A stretch of DNA of 28,098 nucleotides, from positions 1 through 28,098 of IMG/VR virus record IMGVR_UViG_3300032373_000089; one strand, given 5' to 3'. The number at the start of each line of letters is the position of its first letter. The stretch's first letter is position 1. The position numbers were made by a program, and so were the translations under genes. The notes beneath the pieces were generated by a model. It made no database searches, was not told the origin of the DNA, and was given only the letters and a program-made list of their open reading frames with translations. Positions 9,043 to 18,250 of this stretch are shown here, in pieces. This stretch comes from a virus (taxonomy: Duplodnaviria > Caudoviricetes).

Positions 9043-9677
9043 CTTATCCGCCAATATTTAGTAGATTGATCTTGAAACAATTGAAAATGTAGGCTTGTTC
9101 CTTTGTTTCTAATGTTCACGGATGTGTCTGTTTTCGTGTATTTAATGTCGTTTCCGTTGCCTAAGACCTTAATCGTGCTTCCGTCACCGTTTGAGACAAT
9201 GACTTGATCATTAACCAGCGGATTAGCGGGTAAGCTAATTGAAATACCATTCCTTGCTTCAATCCAGTCCTTGTTTTCTGCTGTGTAATCTGCTGTTTTA
9301 ACCTTTCCAATAAAGCCAGACGTATCAATCTTTAATTGCTTAATCGCAGCATGTAACTGTGAGTTATCAAAATGCGATTCTATCTCGCTTAATTTAGCCT
9401 GTATGGTTTTTACTTTTGCATCCATAATCGGGCTATCAATAACATTATTTATCTCATCAACCTGCTTTTTTAACGACTTAGTTAGACCAAACATATAATC
9501 TAATTTATCAGCCGCTATCGTTACCGTGAGAAGGTCTTGAATAACCGTCGAACCTTCGCCACCAATAGTTTGAATTATGTTATATAAATAATCTTCAAAA
9601 TAAGGGGTAGCCTTAATCTCTTTAGTGACTGGATCTATTTCAGCGATAGCTAAGTCTGTGTCTAAATAATCAGCCAT
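9039..9677 (-). CDS. Tail needle-like protein (P22 gp26 position) with C-terminal knob
   Basis: Immediately after the gp10-like gene. Central heptad coiled coil; C-terminal beta domain 'ISLPANPLVNDQVIV...YWRIR'. Confidence 0.6.
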   Translation of the reverse strand: MADYLDTDLAIAEIDPVTKEIKATPYFEDYLYNIIQTIGGEGSTVIQDLLTVTIAADKLDYMFGLTKSLKKQVDEINNVIDSPIMDAKVKTIQAKLSEIESHFDNSQLHAAIKQLKIDTSGFIGKVKTADYTAENKDWIEARNGISISLPANPLVNDQVIVSNGDGSTIKVLGNGNDIKYTKTDTSVNIRNKGTSLHFQLFQDQSTKYWRIR

Positions 9678-11092
9678 TACATTGCCATCCTAGGGTATAT
9701 ATAAGCGCCATAAAACCGAACACCGACTGGATCGGTCACCTCAAGTTTTATGCCGAAATCTTTATTTCTAACCAATCTACCAAATCGACGCAAAGGGACG
9801 CGCTTATCATGTTCGCCAAATTTACCAATTGATATATGGCCTTTATTTGTATATGTCTTTCCACCGTCTTTTGTGTAATAGACAATCATTTTAGGATCTA
9901 TGGTTGGGTCTGCTGTTTGTGCGACCTCCATGTCAAGCTCCATTAATGGAATGGTGGAGTCCTTCTCAAAAGACATCGTTGGCGATATTAGTTTAGTGCG
10001 TAATATCGTGCCATTTTCTGTTTTGTTGTTTGGGTCTAACCTCCACAACTTACCGTCTACAGAATCACCACAAATAATCTCATCGTTAAACTTAACTGCG
10101 CTATTAACGCGCCAGCTGTTTAATCCTTCAGATTCCCTTAGATGAGACATCCCAGTATTAATGTCATATCCCCATGTGTATCCTGCTGTTGGGAATGTGA
10201 TGTAATAGATTGAATGAATGGGGCCATCGACAAAAAAGCCTATTGCATCCGTAACGGTAGTAAAGCCCGGGTATGTTGTCGTTCCATTTCCTTTTACTTT
10301 TAGCTCAAAATCCAAGTCTGATATTTTAACTAATTGCGTACCCTGCACCATTCTCACCGTTCTATCATCTGCGAGAAAAGCAAAGAAATCATTGGTTTCG
10401 GCAAGCGAGTCTTTTGCTAATATACCCCATTCCTTTGTTGCACCTTTTACTGCACGTAATGGTAGAGTGACATCGTTATATGTTTGGTAGTATTGTGATG
10501 TTTCAGAGCCTAACACCCACAATGCAGACTTCTTAGCCAATACTGCGACAACATCATCAGGGGATTCCTCCGCGCTTGTAAATGTTAGAGGGTTATAGCT
10601 TGTTCCGTCGGAAACATCAGATCCAAAAATCTCATTCGTTCCATCTCTCGTTAACCAAAATCGTTCATCTAATATGGTAGCCGATGTGCTTGAGAAGAAA
10701 TCAGTATCTGTAATCGCTACAAGCCCATTAGTGTTTGTGTATATGTAACCCGACCCAGAGCCATTTAATATTAGTATTTGTGAATCGCTAGGCACTGAGT
10801 TTGCCTGTATTTTGGCGCGCCCAGAGCCGCCTACCGTTCCCAGCGTGGTGACTGTGCCGGCTGAGTTAACACGATATAAAACAGAGCCAGAAACAACATA
10901 AGCAAAACCCGCATTAATAAGAATGTTTGAACGCACGGGGCTGGTCGTTAATGTTGCGAACAGCGTCAACCCGTCAGCACGTTTTACACTGTAAAATTCA
11001 CCGTCGCCTTCTGGGATCATGTTCACAATTTGGCCGCGACTCTTTTTAGAATCGAGATCTTTATTGCGTCCGCCTAATGGAAAATCAGCCAT
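9677..11092 (-). CDS. Packaged DNA stabilization / tail hub protein (P22 gp10-like)
   Basis: 471 aa with SAEESPDDVVAV, YYITFPTAGYTWGYD, DGGKTY and 'RRFGRL' motifs characteristic of the gp10 family. Confidence 0.85.
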   Translation of the reverse strand: MADFPLGGRNKDLDSKKSRGQIVNMIPEGDGEFYSVKRADGLTLFATLTTSPVRSNILINAGFAYVVSGSVLYRVNSAGTVTTLGTVGGSGRAKIQANSVPSDSQILILNGSGSGYIYTNTNGLVAITDTDFFSSTSATILDERFWLTRDGTNEIFGSDVSDGTSYNPLTFTSAEESPDDVVAVLAKKSALWVLGSETSQYYQTYNDVTLPLRAVKGATKEWGILAKDSLAETNDFFAFLADDRTVRMVQGTQLVKISDLDFELKVKGNGTTTYPGFTTVTDAIGFFVDGPIHSIYYITFPTAGYTWGYDINTGMSHLRESEGLNSWRVNSAVKFNDEIICGDSVDGKLWRLDPNNKTENGTILRTKLISPTMSFEKDSTIPLMELDMEVAQTADPTIDPKMIVYYTKDGGKTYTNKGHISIGKFGEHDKRVPLRRFGRLVRNKDFGIKLEVTDPVGVRFYGAYIYPRMAM

Positions 11093-12053
11093 GTCGTTTC
11101 ATCTTCATTTTAATAGGGTATACAGCCGAATCATAAGAAAGTAAGTCATTCTTTAATATTTGCGCCTCTTGTTTAATCAAATCTGCTAAAGCTTGGCTAG
11201 ATCCATATTTAGGGATTAGCTTCACAGCAACATTATAAATAAAGGCCATTTGTGCGTAATCCGGTAAATCAATGGTATCTGTTGCATCGTTTAATACTTG
11301 CAGTTTTCTTTCGTAGGTAAAATTAATCACTGGGACAGATGAGCTCGGCGCATTCCATAAATACATGATGCCGCCTTCTTCTCCCGCTATATCCTGCCTT
11401 GCATAATGCGCTTGTATTGGTGTGCCTGTTTGGTCTTTATTAGGTAAACCAAAATAGTCTTCACGCGAACTAAAAACGATAGGAATCTCATAATCAGAGG
11501 ACTCTTTTCGCCTTACATCTAATATTCTTGATACAGGAATAAGGTCTGGCGCGGTTGCTGTTCCTACCCGGTAATTCCTAACGTAAGCGCCGGATACCGT
11601 AGCAAGGGTAATTGAATCTGTTAGTGTCACCGTAGAGCCTGAAGGCGCGCCATTAACAGTCGTCCAGAAAATATTATTAGTATTTTGAATAATACCAATA
11701 ACATCCCCATTCTGAATATTAGCAGCACTAGACACCACAATAGTGCTTGCCCCTGCTGTTGTAGCTGCTGTCGTGGTTGTTTCATACCAAGTATTTGCGA
11801 CATGAGTCGATGCCTCTCTGAAATCATACTTTGATTGGCCCACCGTTAGGAATAAAGTACCCTCAGTATAAGACCAAAGATGAATACCTTGCGTTTGCCA
11901 CTCTTTAAGCAATAGATTGGCTGAGGCTTTAAAGCGGCCAATCATATCACCGCTTAATGTTTCACCATCTTGACCTATTTGAAGTAGATCAAATGCTTCC
12001 TCAGCCAGTTCGTTTGTGGTTTTGCTTAATGTGTAAATTCCGCTCGTCGCCAT
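11085..12053 (-). CDS. Head-to-tail adaptor (P22 gp4-like) with inserted beta domain
   Basis: N-terminal helical 'ANLLLKEWQTQGIHLW' and C-terminal 'LPDYAQMAFIYNVAVKLIPKYG'; directly upstream of the gp10-like gene. Confidence 0.75.
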   Translation of the reverse strand: MATSGIYTLSKTTNELAEEAFDLLQIGQDGETLSGDMIGRFKASANLLLKEWQTQGIHLWSYTEGTLFLTVGQSKYDFREASTHVANTWYETTTTAATTAGASTIVVSSAANIQNGDVIGIIQNTNNIFWTTVNGAPSGSTVTLTDSITLATVSGAYVRNYRVGTATAPDLIPVSRILDVRRKESSDYEIPIVFSSREDYFGLPNKDQTGTPIQAHYARQDIAGEEGGIMYLWNAPSSSVPVINFTYERKLQVLNDATDTIDLPDYAQMAFIYNVAVKLIPKYGSSQALADLIKQEAQILKNDLLSYDSAVYPIKMKMKRHG

Positions 12054-12055
12054 GG

Positions 12056-12307
12056 TTAAACCTTATCAAAGCTTTGTACTGCATCTGTGTCTAATGACTC
12101 CGTTCTTATGTCATCAAATGTTTGCTGAGGACTCGGAATCACTGGCGTATCTTGCGGGTGTCTTGGATGCCATGCGTCTTGTATGACGCGAAAACCATCC
12201 CACCTTTTTAATGTTTGGGATTTCTTAACTTTAAATCCCGTAACATCACAAATAGTATTTGAATCATTAGGGCTAAAATCGTTAGTTGGTTTATATTTGC
12301 GCCCCAT
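12056..12307 (-). CDS. Conserved small phage protein of head-tail region
   Basis: ICDVTGFK...WDGFRV...WHPRHPQD motif; this type of ORF is familiar upstream of gp4-like genes in environmental podoviruses. Confidence 0.65.
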   Translation of the reverse strand: MGRKYKPTNDFSPNDSNTICDVTGFKVKKSQTLKRWDGFRVIQDAWHPRHPQDTPVIPSPQQTFDDIRTESLDTDAVQSFDKV

Positions 12308-12309
12308 AA

Positions 12310-12936
12310 TTAAATGTCTTCGTTTTGCATCACCGTTAATTGAATCTCAGCCGTGTCAGTGTAGCTATTGACTACTAACCGCATTGCTGTTGCATTTACT
12401 TGGCCGGACTCCATTAAATCAGCCGTCTTCGAGGCTAAAGCTGTAACAGCATGCCATGATGATGACTGTGACGGTGCGGTTAATATGTGTATTTGGTTTA
12501 ATGTTTCCTGAACCGTATAATTAATGGTTCCGGTTACATCAACCGAATACATAGCGGCTTCCGTATTGCGATAGTTTAGCGGCAGTGTTTTAGTTGACAC
12601 TTCGTCAACCCAGCCAATATCAAACGTATCCGCACCAATTGTGGCTGATGGCGTTGCGCTGGTTAATGTTAAAAAGTAACCAGATGACTCAACCGTAGCA
12701 GAACCAGCGGGGCCGGTGACGACTTCAGTCAACGCTATACCGTCTGGATCTGTTCCAACTAAAGTAACGGTCTTACCGCTATGGTCTGTTACTGCATCGT
12801 TTCTAATAGAGACACGGTGAGCCAAAGAATCACCGGAATTATTAGCCGTTAGCGTGAATGATGCCCCTGTAACGTTAGAGGCAAATCCCGTCAAATTCGC
12901 ATTAGCGGGATCTATATCAATCAAGTAAGGTCTCAT
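12310..12936 (-). CDS. Putative structural protein (Thr/Ser-rich, beta)
   Basis: 208 aa with virion-like composition; SD AAGGGG; lies in the structural operon. Confidence 0.6.
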   Translation of the reverse strand: MRPYLIDIDPANANLTGFASNVTGASFTLTANNSGDSLAHRVSIRNDAVTDHSGKTVTLVGTDPDGIALTEVVTGPAGSATVESSGYFLTLTSATPSATIGADTFDIGWVDEVSTKTLPLNYRNTEAAMYSVDVTGTINYTVQETLNQIHILTAPSQSSSWHAVTALASKTADLMESGQVNATAMRLVVNSYTDTAEIQLTVMQNEDI

Positions 12937-12946
12937 AAATTACCCC

Positions 12947-13891
12947 TTAAATATCTGTTGATGCTGTCCAGTTAATTAAGGTTCCTTTCTCACCAGCCAG
13001 ATTACAAACATAAACAGGATCCATTACGATAAACGTAGCGCCTGTTACTGCTTCGGTAATATTGGCAGCGTTATCTTGTAGCCTCAAGAAGATGTCAGGG
13101 CCGATTTGTCCTGTAGATGCTGTAATTGTATCGACTAAGAAAATGTCAGCCGCGTTACGTGTGCGGAAGTACTTCACATCATGCACATGAAGATCGGTTG
13201 TTGCGGTTGTGCGAACATCAATGCCGCCTACTGCAAAATTACCATCCATTCGGTCAATTGTGATTTCAATATTATCGCCGCCTACAAGCGCGATACCTGC
13301 GTTAGTACCTGCTGCTGCTGCACCGTCATGAACATGGTTTAATATCTTCAATCTATCTGCTGATGCAGTAGTAAGGATACCGTCAACCATCTGGCCGGTA
13401 ACGTCACGAACCTCATTGTTAGCAATAATACAATCTGCCGCACTTACAACAATCGGCGAAACAACCGCGTCAATACCACCAGTATGCAGAATATTCATCA
13501 TAATACAGCTTGCTGCTGCCATAGTTAATGTTGAAGTTGTAGCCGTATAGTTGATTGTAGGACGTAATGCGCCTGAACCTAAGCCGATAATAGCAACACC
13601 AGCAACATCAACATCAATACCTGATGCGGCTGATACTGTTTCAGTGTGACCGGGCATAACAAAAATGACATCACCACGGCTTGCTGTGCATTGGCCTATA
13701 GCATAGTCAATTGTTGCAAAAGGACGATGATATGAACCTGATGCGGGTGAATCTGCACCTGCTACGCCATTAACGGGCAATACGCTTGTGCTGTTTACGA
13801 AGAACACTTCACCCGGGTGTGTTACAGCTAAAGGAACGCCACGTACTGATACGCCATCCTTAAAGCCATTTGGAAAATTAGACATACTCAT
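12947..13891 (-). CDS. Putative head spike/decoration protein with right-handed beta-helix
   Basis: 'RPFATIDYAIGQC...GDVIFVMPGHTETV' beta-helix cap motif; directly after the capsid gene; SD AGGAG. Confidence 0.6.
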   Translation of the reverse strand: MSMSNFPNGFKDGVSVRGVPLAVTHPGEVFFVNSTSVLPVNGVAGADSPASGSYHRPFATIDYAIGQCTASRGDVIFVMPGHTETVSAASGIDVDVAGVAIIGLGSGALRPTINYTATTSTLTMAAASCIMMNILHTGGIDAVVSPIVVSAADCIIANNEVRDVTGQMVDGILTTASADRLKILNHVHDGAAAAGTNAGIALVGGDNIEITIDRMDGNFAVGGIDVRTTATTDLHVHDVKYFRTRNAADIFLVDTITASTGQIGPDIFLRLQDNAANITEAVTGATFIVMDPVYVCNLAGEKGTLINWTASTDI

Positions 13892-13938
13892 TTCTTTCTC
13901 CTATGAACCCTGTCGGGTCTCTCGAATTTTCATAGTTT

Positions 13939-13960
13939 AAAAAAGGGGGCTTTCACCCCC
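13939..13960 (-). terminator. Rho-independent terminator after major capsid gene
   Basis: Minus strand reads GGGGGT-GAAA-GCCCCC-TTTTTT, 5 nt after the MCP stop. Confidence 0.88.
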
Positions 13961-13965
13961 TAATA

Positions 13966-14874
13966 TTATTGGCCTGAGCCGTAAGCTGCTCGTGGGTCAG
14001 TTACGCCATAAGATTTGTAGAACATACCTTTATGACGATAGTTTGATGTGCCAAAATCATCATCCTGCTTGAACGTATAGCCCATGCGGTCAAAGATTTT
14101 GAAGCCATCATCAACATCAGTTTTAATAAACCATTCAGTCGCAGACGTGAAACGATGGTTAACGTGGTAGCCGTTTGGAAAAATAGAGGCTACTGGGTTA
14201 ACTGTCGCAGTGTTTGCGGTGTTTGGTTCAAAGCGTGATGCTAAGATGCGGTCAGCCGTATAACGTAGCTGGCGCGGGATATGAAGGCTCATTGCACGTG
14301 CGTCGATCAAAAGACCTGCGCCGTCACGATAATCTTCAATTGCAATCGTTGCATCTTCAACAGCTGCTTGACTTAATGGGGTAAAGACTGTGAAACGATT
14401 AGAGAATGTTCCGCCCTTACCTAAGACATGAGACGTTGAAAACAACGGTTGTCCGTCACCTAATGCAAAATTAGTGTCGTAAGCGTTATTAATAACGTTT
14501 GCGGCTAACTGTTCATCAGTATGGATTAATGAGCGTTTAAGCAATTTACCTGATTTAGCCACTAGATCACGATACAAGTTATTCATAGCGGCTTCCATTG
14601 TAATAATGGTTCCTAAAGAATAAACAGCATGCGTGTACGTCGTTGCGAAATCTTGCTTTTCACCATCATAAGCGGTTGAGTCACCTTCTGGTTTTAATGA
14701 CGCAAGGCCAGTGCCAGTTAATGATACATCCATTTCATACGCTTTTTCTGAATTGTAGGTTTCAAATATTTTGCTTGATTCCATCTCGTAGTCTTTGTAC
14801 TCGATGGTTGCAATAGCGTTGATACCTTCCTGTAATAAACGGGCTTCTGAGCCCTGCGATACTATGCTGGCCAT
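13966..14874 (-). CDS. Major capsid protein
   Basis: 302 aa with LLQEGINAI, KPEG, GDGQPLFSTSH, LHIPRQL, WFIKTD and YGVTDPRAAYGS motifs of HK97-fold capsids; followed by a terminator. Confidence 0.88.
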   Translation of the reverse strand: MASIVSQGSEARLLQEGINAIATIEYKDYEMESSKIFETYNSEKAYEMDVSLTGTGLASLKPEGDSTAYDGEKQDFATTYTHAVYSLGTIITMEAAMNNLYRDLVAKSGKLLKRSLIHTDEQLAANVINNAYDTNFALGDGQPLFSTSHVLGKGGTFSNRFTVFTPLSQAAVEDATIAIEDYRDGAGLLIDARAMSLHIPRQLRYTADRILASRFEPNTANTATVNPVASIFPNGYHVNHRFTSATEWFIKTDVDDGFKIFDRMGYTFKQDDDFGTSNYRHKGMFYKSYGVTDPRAAYGSGQ

Positions 14875-14876
14875 GA

Positions 14877-15461
14877 TTAAATCCCCGTCTGGTTAAGGGC
14901 TTCTTGAGAAGCGTTAATTGAAACAACCCAGTCAGCATTAGTGCCGAGTGCGTTATCTGGACGCGTATCTACGTGGTGTAGTCGCATATTTAGTGTGCTT
15001 GTACCTGCTGCTGAGGAACTATCTAACTCCATTCCTGAAATGCCAGTAACAGCATTACCAGACCCAACAATAACATTACAGTTTAAGCCTGCTTCTGTAA
15101 TTTCAATGTCATTGCCTACTGAGTCTTCTTGAATAGTGTAAAGAACGTCTTGACCCCAATAAACAAGGGCGTCTTGAGCGGTTGAAGCGGGACGATTATT
15201 AGTTGTAAGTGAACCTTCATCACCTTCGATAGGGATGAATGAAGCAATAACACCGATAGATGCGTCACCGGCGGCTGATTGAGCAACTACAGGGATTTTG
15301 CCTGTAGCGTCTACCGTGCCTGTGAGTTTAACGAGATCGCCTACAAATGCAGCAACGGCATCACCGGCTGCAAATGTAACACGGCGTAATTTTCCGTGAT
15401 AGTCGGAACCCGATAGAGTCCCTATAGCCTTTAGTCCGGCTGGTTTATCTGAATTGGCCAT
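14877..15461 (-). CDS. Capsid decoration/cement protein
   Basis: MANSDKPAGLK..., FVGDLVKL and TGISGMELD motifs; strong SD AGGAGG; immediately upstream of MCP. Confidence 0.7.
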   Translation of the reverse strand: MANSDKPAGLKAIGTLSGSDYHGKLRRVTFAAGDAVAAFVGDLVKLTGTVDATGKIPVVAQSAAGDASIGVIASFIPIEGDEGSLTTNNRPASTAQDALVYWGQDVLYTIQEDSVGNDIEITEAGLNCNVIVGSGNAVTGISGMELDSSSAAGTSTLNMRLHHVDTRPDNALGTNADWVVSINASQEALNQTGI

Positions 15462-15497
15462 AATAGCCTCCTATAATGAATAAAAAATCAATTGTTT

Positions 15498-15566
15498 GCC
15501 CATTCTTCGGACTACAGCTGACCTATTCTTCTAGGTGGCTATTTGGTTATCGCCTTCTTTGGCGAT
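15498..15566 (-). promoter_or_regulatory. Structured 5' leader: three hairpins with RAAGAA loops
   Basis: Minus strand reads ATCGCC-AAAGAA-GGCGAT, ACCTA-GAAGAA-TAGGT and GTCC-GAAGAAT-GGGC. Confidence 0.6.
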
Positions 15567-15578
15567 TTAATACTTACA

Positions 15579-15607
15579 TTTATAATCTATATATCAAATA
15601 AAGTCAA
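15579..15607 (-). promoter_or_regulatory. Sigma70-like promoter for decoration/capsid genes
   Basis: TTGACT-17 nt-TATAAA in the largest non-coding gap of the head module. Confidence 0.65.
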
Positions 15608-15608
15608 G

Positions 15609-16190
15609 TTATGCATCATGCGTTTGCTCGAATCCTCGGCTATTACCTGTTGGATTATTAGGCGCATAAGTCTTAATACCTTTAACATTCGACATTACCG
15701 CACCTTCTGCCTGAGATTTACCCATACCTAAAGCATCTAGGATTTCATTATTACGGGCTTCTTTTGGGTCGACTCGCAATGCTTGATATTCTTCTGCTGG
15801 CATAAATAGCAAATAAGCCAGCATAGCACCGCCTGAAGAATTTGCGCCAACGGGCACACATTCCCACTCGCTTGATGCTTGGTCTGTAAAACCCTTAAAT
15901 TCTTTCAGGCTTTTATTTTTGCGAGGAACTAATTCTGCACCTAAATGCAGCCAGCGTTCAACCGCGCCATTTTCATCATTCTCCCAGAATAACTGCATGC
16001 CTTGATATTCTGGTAATCTTTCATAAAATGAAGCGTCCATATTCAATTGCTTTCCGGTTGCCATGCGTACCTTTTCGGCTTGGCTTAATTTGTTAACGTC
16101 TGGCTCTTCGCCAATCGGGGCGCGAATATTCTTTTCTGCTTTTTTTCCTTCATTTTCTTGTGGTGCGTGTGTTTTTAATTTCTTACTCAT
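15609..16190 (-). CDS. Hypothetical head-module protein
   Basis: 193 aa between scaffold and decoration genes; 'LFWENDENGAVERWLHLG' segment. Confidence 0.65.
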   Translation of the reverse strand: MSKKLKTHAPQENEGKKAEKNIRAPIGEEPDVNKLSQAEKVRMATGKQLNMDASFYERLPEYQGMQLFWENDENGAVERWLHLGAELVPRKNKSLKEFKGFTDQASSEWECVPVGANSSGGAMLAYLLFMPAEEYQALRVDPKEARNNEILDALGMGKSQAEGAVMSNVKGIKTYAPNNPTGNSRGFEQTHDA

Positions 16191-16192
16191 AA

Positions 16193-17110
16193 TTATTCTC
16201 CTAATACATTCTTAGCGTATGTTTCTGCTGCTGCTGGGTCTTTGGCTTTGATCATTTCATAAATTTCATTGGCGGCATTAGTGTCTCTCGGGTTTGAACT
16301 ACTACCCCCTACCTGTTTTAGTTTGGTGGTGTAGTTTGCTGTGGTTGTAGCAGTACGTCTACTTGGTGGTGTAGAGGTTACACGCTTATTTCTAGGGCTA
16401 ACAAATTTATCTTGATGCAATTCTTTTGCCTGATTAAACGCCATTCTCTGAACACGGTCTACTTGCTCTTGTGTTAATTCTCCAGCCCTTGATCTATCAC
16501 CGCCTAGCAGCTGGTCAAGTTTTCCGTTGTGAATCATAATCATATCTTGATGAAAATCAGCGTCATATTGCGTGCTTGACTTGTCAATAATAGGGTTGCT
16601 TTTTGCAAAGGTCGTAATAACCGGGTTAACTGGTTCCGGTGTTGGTTGACTATTTAGTTTATTGATTTTGTCCTGAGCAGCAAGAGCACCTTCAATGTCA
16701 TCATCTTCTTTGGCTGCATTAAGCTCTGCAATAGCATCAAGCCTAGCCTGTTCGACCTGTTGCGCCATTTGTTCGCTTTGTTGCTGCTTCCACTCGTCAA
16801 TGCCATTGACAACATGACTCATAGTGTCCTTTAATTCTCGTATCTCAGTGATACGGTCATATTCGGCCTTATAAGCATTTTCCCCTTTGTAATCGGCAGG
16901 GTCTTTGCCTTTAGCAACCCATTCATCATAGGTTAGGTAGCCCGGAGGCTTTTCTTTTTGTTCTTCTTTTGGTTCTTCTTCAATTTCAACATCTTCTTGG
17001 TGTGCAATATCTTCTTGCTCGATATTATCTTGATCGGCATCAAATTCTACGCCGTGCTCTGCTTCAAGCGCGTCAAGGGCTTCGTTCATTTCTTGCTCTG
17101 ATGTACTCAT
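16193..17110 (-). CDS. Scaffolding protein
   Basis: Highly acidic N-terminus, coiled coil, basic S/T/R patch and C-terminal helix; lies between portal and capsid. Confidence 0.7.
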   Translation of the reverse strand: MSTSEQEMNEALDALEAEHGVEFDADQDNIEQEDIAHQEDVEIEEEPKEEQKEKPPGYLTYDEWVAKGKDPADYKGENAYKAEYDRITEIRELKDTMSHVVNGIDEWKQQQSEQMAQQVEQARLDAIAELNAAKEDDDIEGALAAQDKINKLNSQPTPEPVNPVITTFAKSNPIIDKSSTQYDADFHQDMIMIHNGKLDQLLGGDRSRAGELTQEQVDRVQRMAFNQAKELHQDKFVSPRNKRVTSTPPSRRTATTTANYTTKLKQVGGSSSNPRDTNAANEIYEMIKAKDPAAAETYAKNVLGE

Positions 17111-17114
17111 TGTT

Positions 17115-17375
17115 TTAATCCTCTATTTTTTCGCCAATTAAATTAAGTAGCTCGAAATCAACCATATAAATAAACTTATCGTCTAGTTTTTGATATGAGG
17201 CTAAATAATTGCCTCGATACAAGCTGTTATTTTGATCAGTAGAGTACAGCCCAGACCCTGCTGCCTCAACAAATAAAACCTCTACTATCTGACCTTTATT
17301 TAATTTAATAGCCTTTTCCCATAATGGAGGGCAAGATCTGGAGTCAATATACTGAGTTAAAATTTTATACTTCAT
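17115..17375 (-). CDS. Hypothetical 86-aa protein
   Basis: Start reassigned to MKYKILTQ (SD GGAG upstream); overlaps the end of groES. Confidence 0.55.
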   Translation of the reverse strand: MKYKILTQYIDSRSCPPLWEKAIKLNKGQIVEVLFVEAAGSGLYSTDQNNSLYRGNYLASYQKLDDKFIYMVDFELLNLIGEKIED

Positions 17376-17781
17376 TTTTATTCTCCATTGTACTAAGGAT
17401 GCTTTCATCATTCATTAATCGGTACATTTCACCGCTACCCGGGGGAACTTCAATTAAAACCCCAGCATATCTATCAAAAAACACGACATCACCCTCTTTT
17501 ATTGGTGTCGCACCACCTAATGCCGATGCTTTGAACACACCATCACCAGCACTGGCTACTATCCCGTATTGTGTGCCGTTGTCTTCTTTTTTCTTTTGGT
17601 CTTCTGTTTTAACGTCAAAACCAGCGCTAGCTAAAGCAGAGAACTTCTCTTTTTCTGCCTCCTCTAATCCAGATGTTGCGCCAATTGTCCTTACTAATAC
17701 CCGATAACCTACGGCTTTATACGTCCCCTTAGCTATCATAGAACGGGCATTATTAATCATTTCTTCGGTTATTTTAATCAT
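17365..17781 (-). CDS. groES: GroES/Cpn10-like co-chaperonin
   Basis: AVGYRVLVR, GIVASAGDG, IKEGDVVFFDRYAGVLI and YRLMNDESIL motifs. Start reassigned to ATG 17781 (SD AAGGAAGG, TAATG overlap). Confidence 0.85.
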   Translation of the reverse strand: MIKITEEMINNARSMIAKGTYKAVGYRVLVRTIGATSGLEEAEKEKFSALASAGFDVKTEDQKKKEDNGTQYGIVASAGDGVFKASALGGATPIKEGDVVFFDRYAGVLIEVPPGSGEMYRLMNDESILSTMENKNEV

Positions 17782-17975
17782 TAGCCTTCCTTTCTGTAGT
17801 TTTGTCCCACTAAAATAACTGTAGCCACAGCATAAGCTGAATACGATGCAATCGGGTGCAGGTTTAGCGATTCGCCAACAAAAAAAGTTACAAAACCGCA
17901 TGCAGCTTCATAATCTTTCGCGTCTAACGTTATTGGATTATCGCCATTTATAAACGATATTTCGTATGTATTCAT
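17781..17975 (-). CDS. Hypothetical 64-aa protein
   Basis: SD AGGAGG; coupled overlaps at both ends. Confidence 0.65.
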   Translation of the reverse strand: MNTYEISFINGDNPITLDAKDYEAACGFVTFFVGESLNLHPIASYSAYAVATVILVGQNYRKEG

Positions 17976-18250
17976 TCGCCGTCCTCCTTAACTTCCAGCA
18001 TTTCATGCTCAGCGAAAAAAGACGTGGGATTATCAGACGCAGCAATAAGGGCAGACCGCTTACCTATTGCGCTGTGTATTTGATTTGCAGTGTGGTCGTT
18101 ATTGGTGGAGTCAACTAAACCACCAGCACCTAGAACCTCTGTGATTTGCTCGCTCGACCATTTAAGGCATTGTAGGAATGTCTGTGTTGCTTGGTTGTCC
18201 AGCCATATCTCCAGCTGTGACAGGGTTAATCTCTTGTGTTTGTCTTCCAT
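17972..18250 (-). CDS. Hypothetical 92-aa protein downstream of portal
   Basis: SD AAGGAG; 'WLDNQATQTFL' motif; overlaps the portal 3' end by 89 nt. Confidence 0.65.
   Translation of the reverse strand: MEDKHKRLTLSQLEIWLDNQATQTFLQCLKWSSEQITEVLGAGGLVDSTNNDHTANQIHSAIGKRSALIAASDNPTSFFAEHEMLEVKEDGE

Noticed and set aside
6441-11827. Nested minus-strand ORFs 6441-6626 and 11627-11827
   Set aside because: They are out-of-frame ORFs inside structural genes with no independent support.
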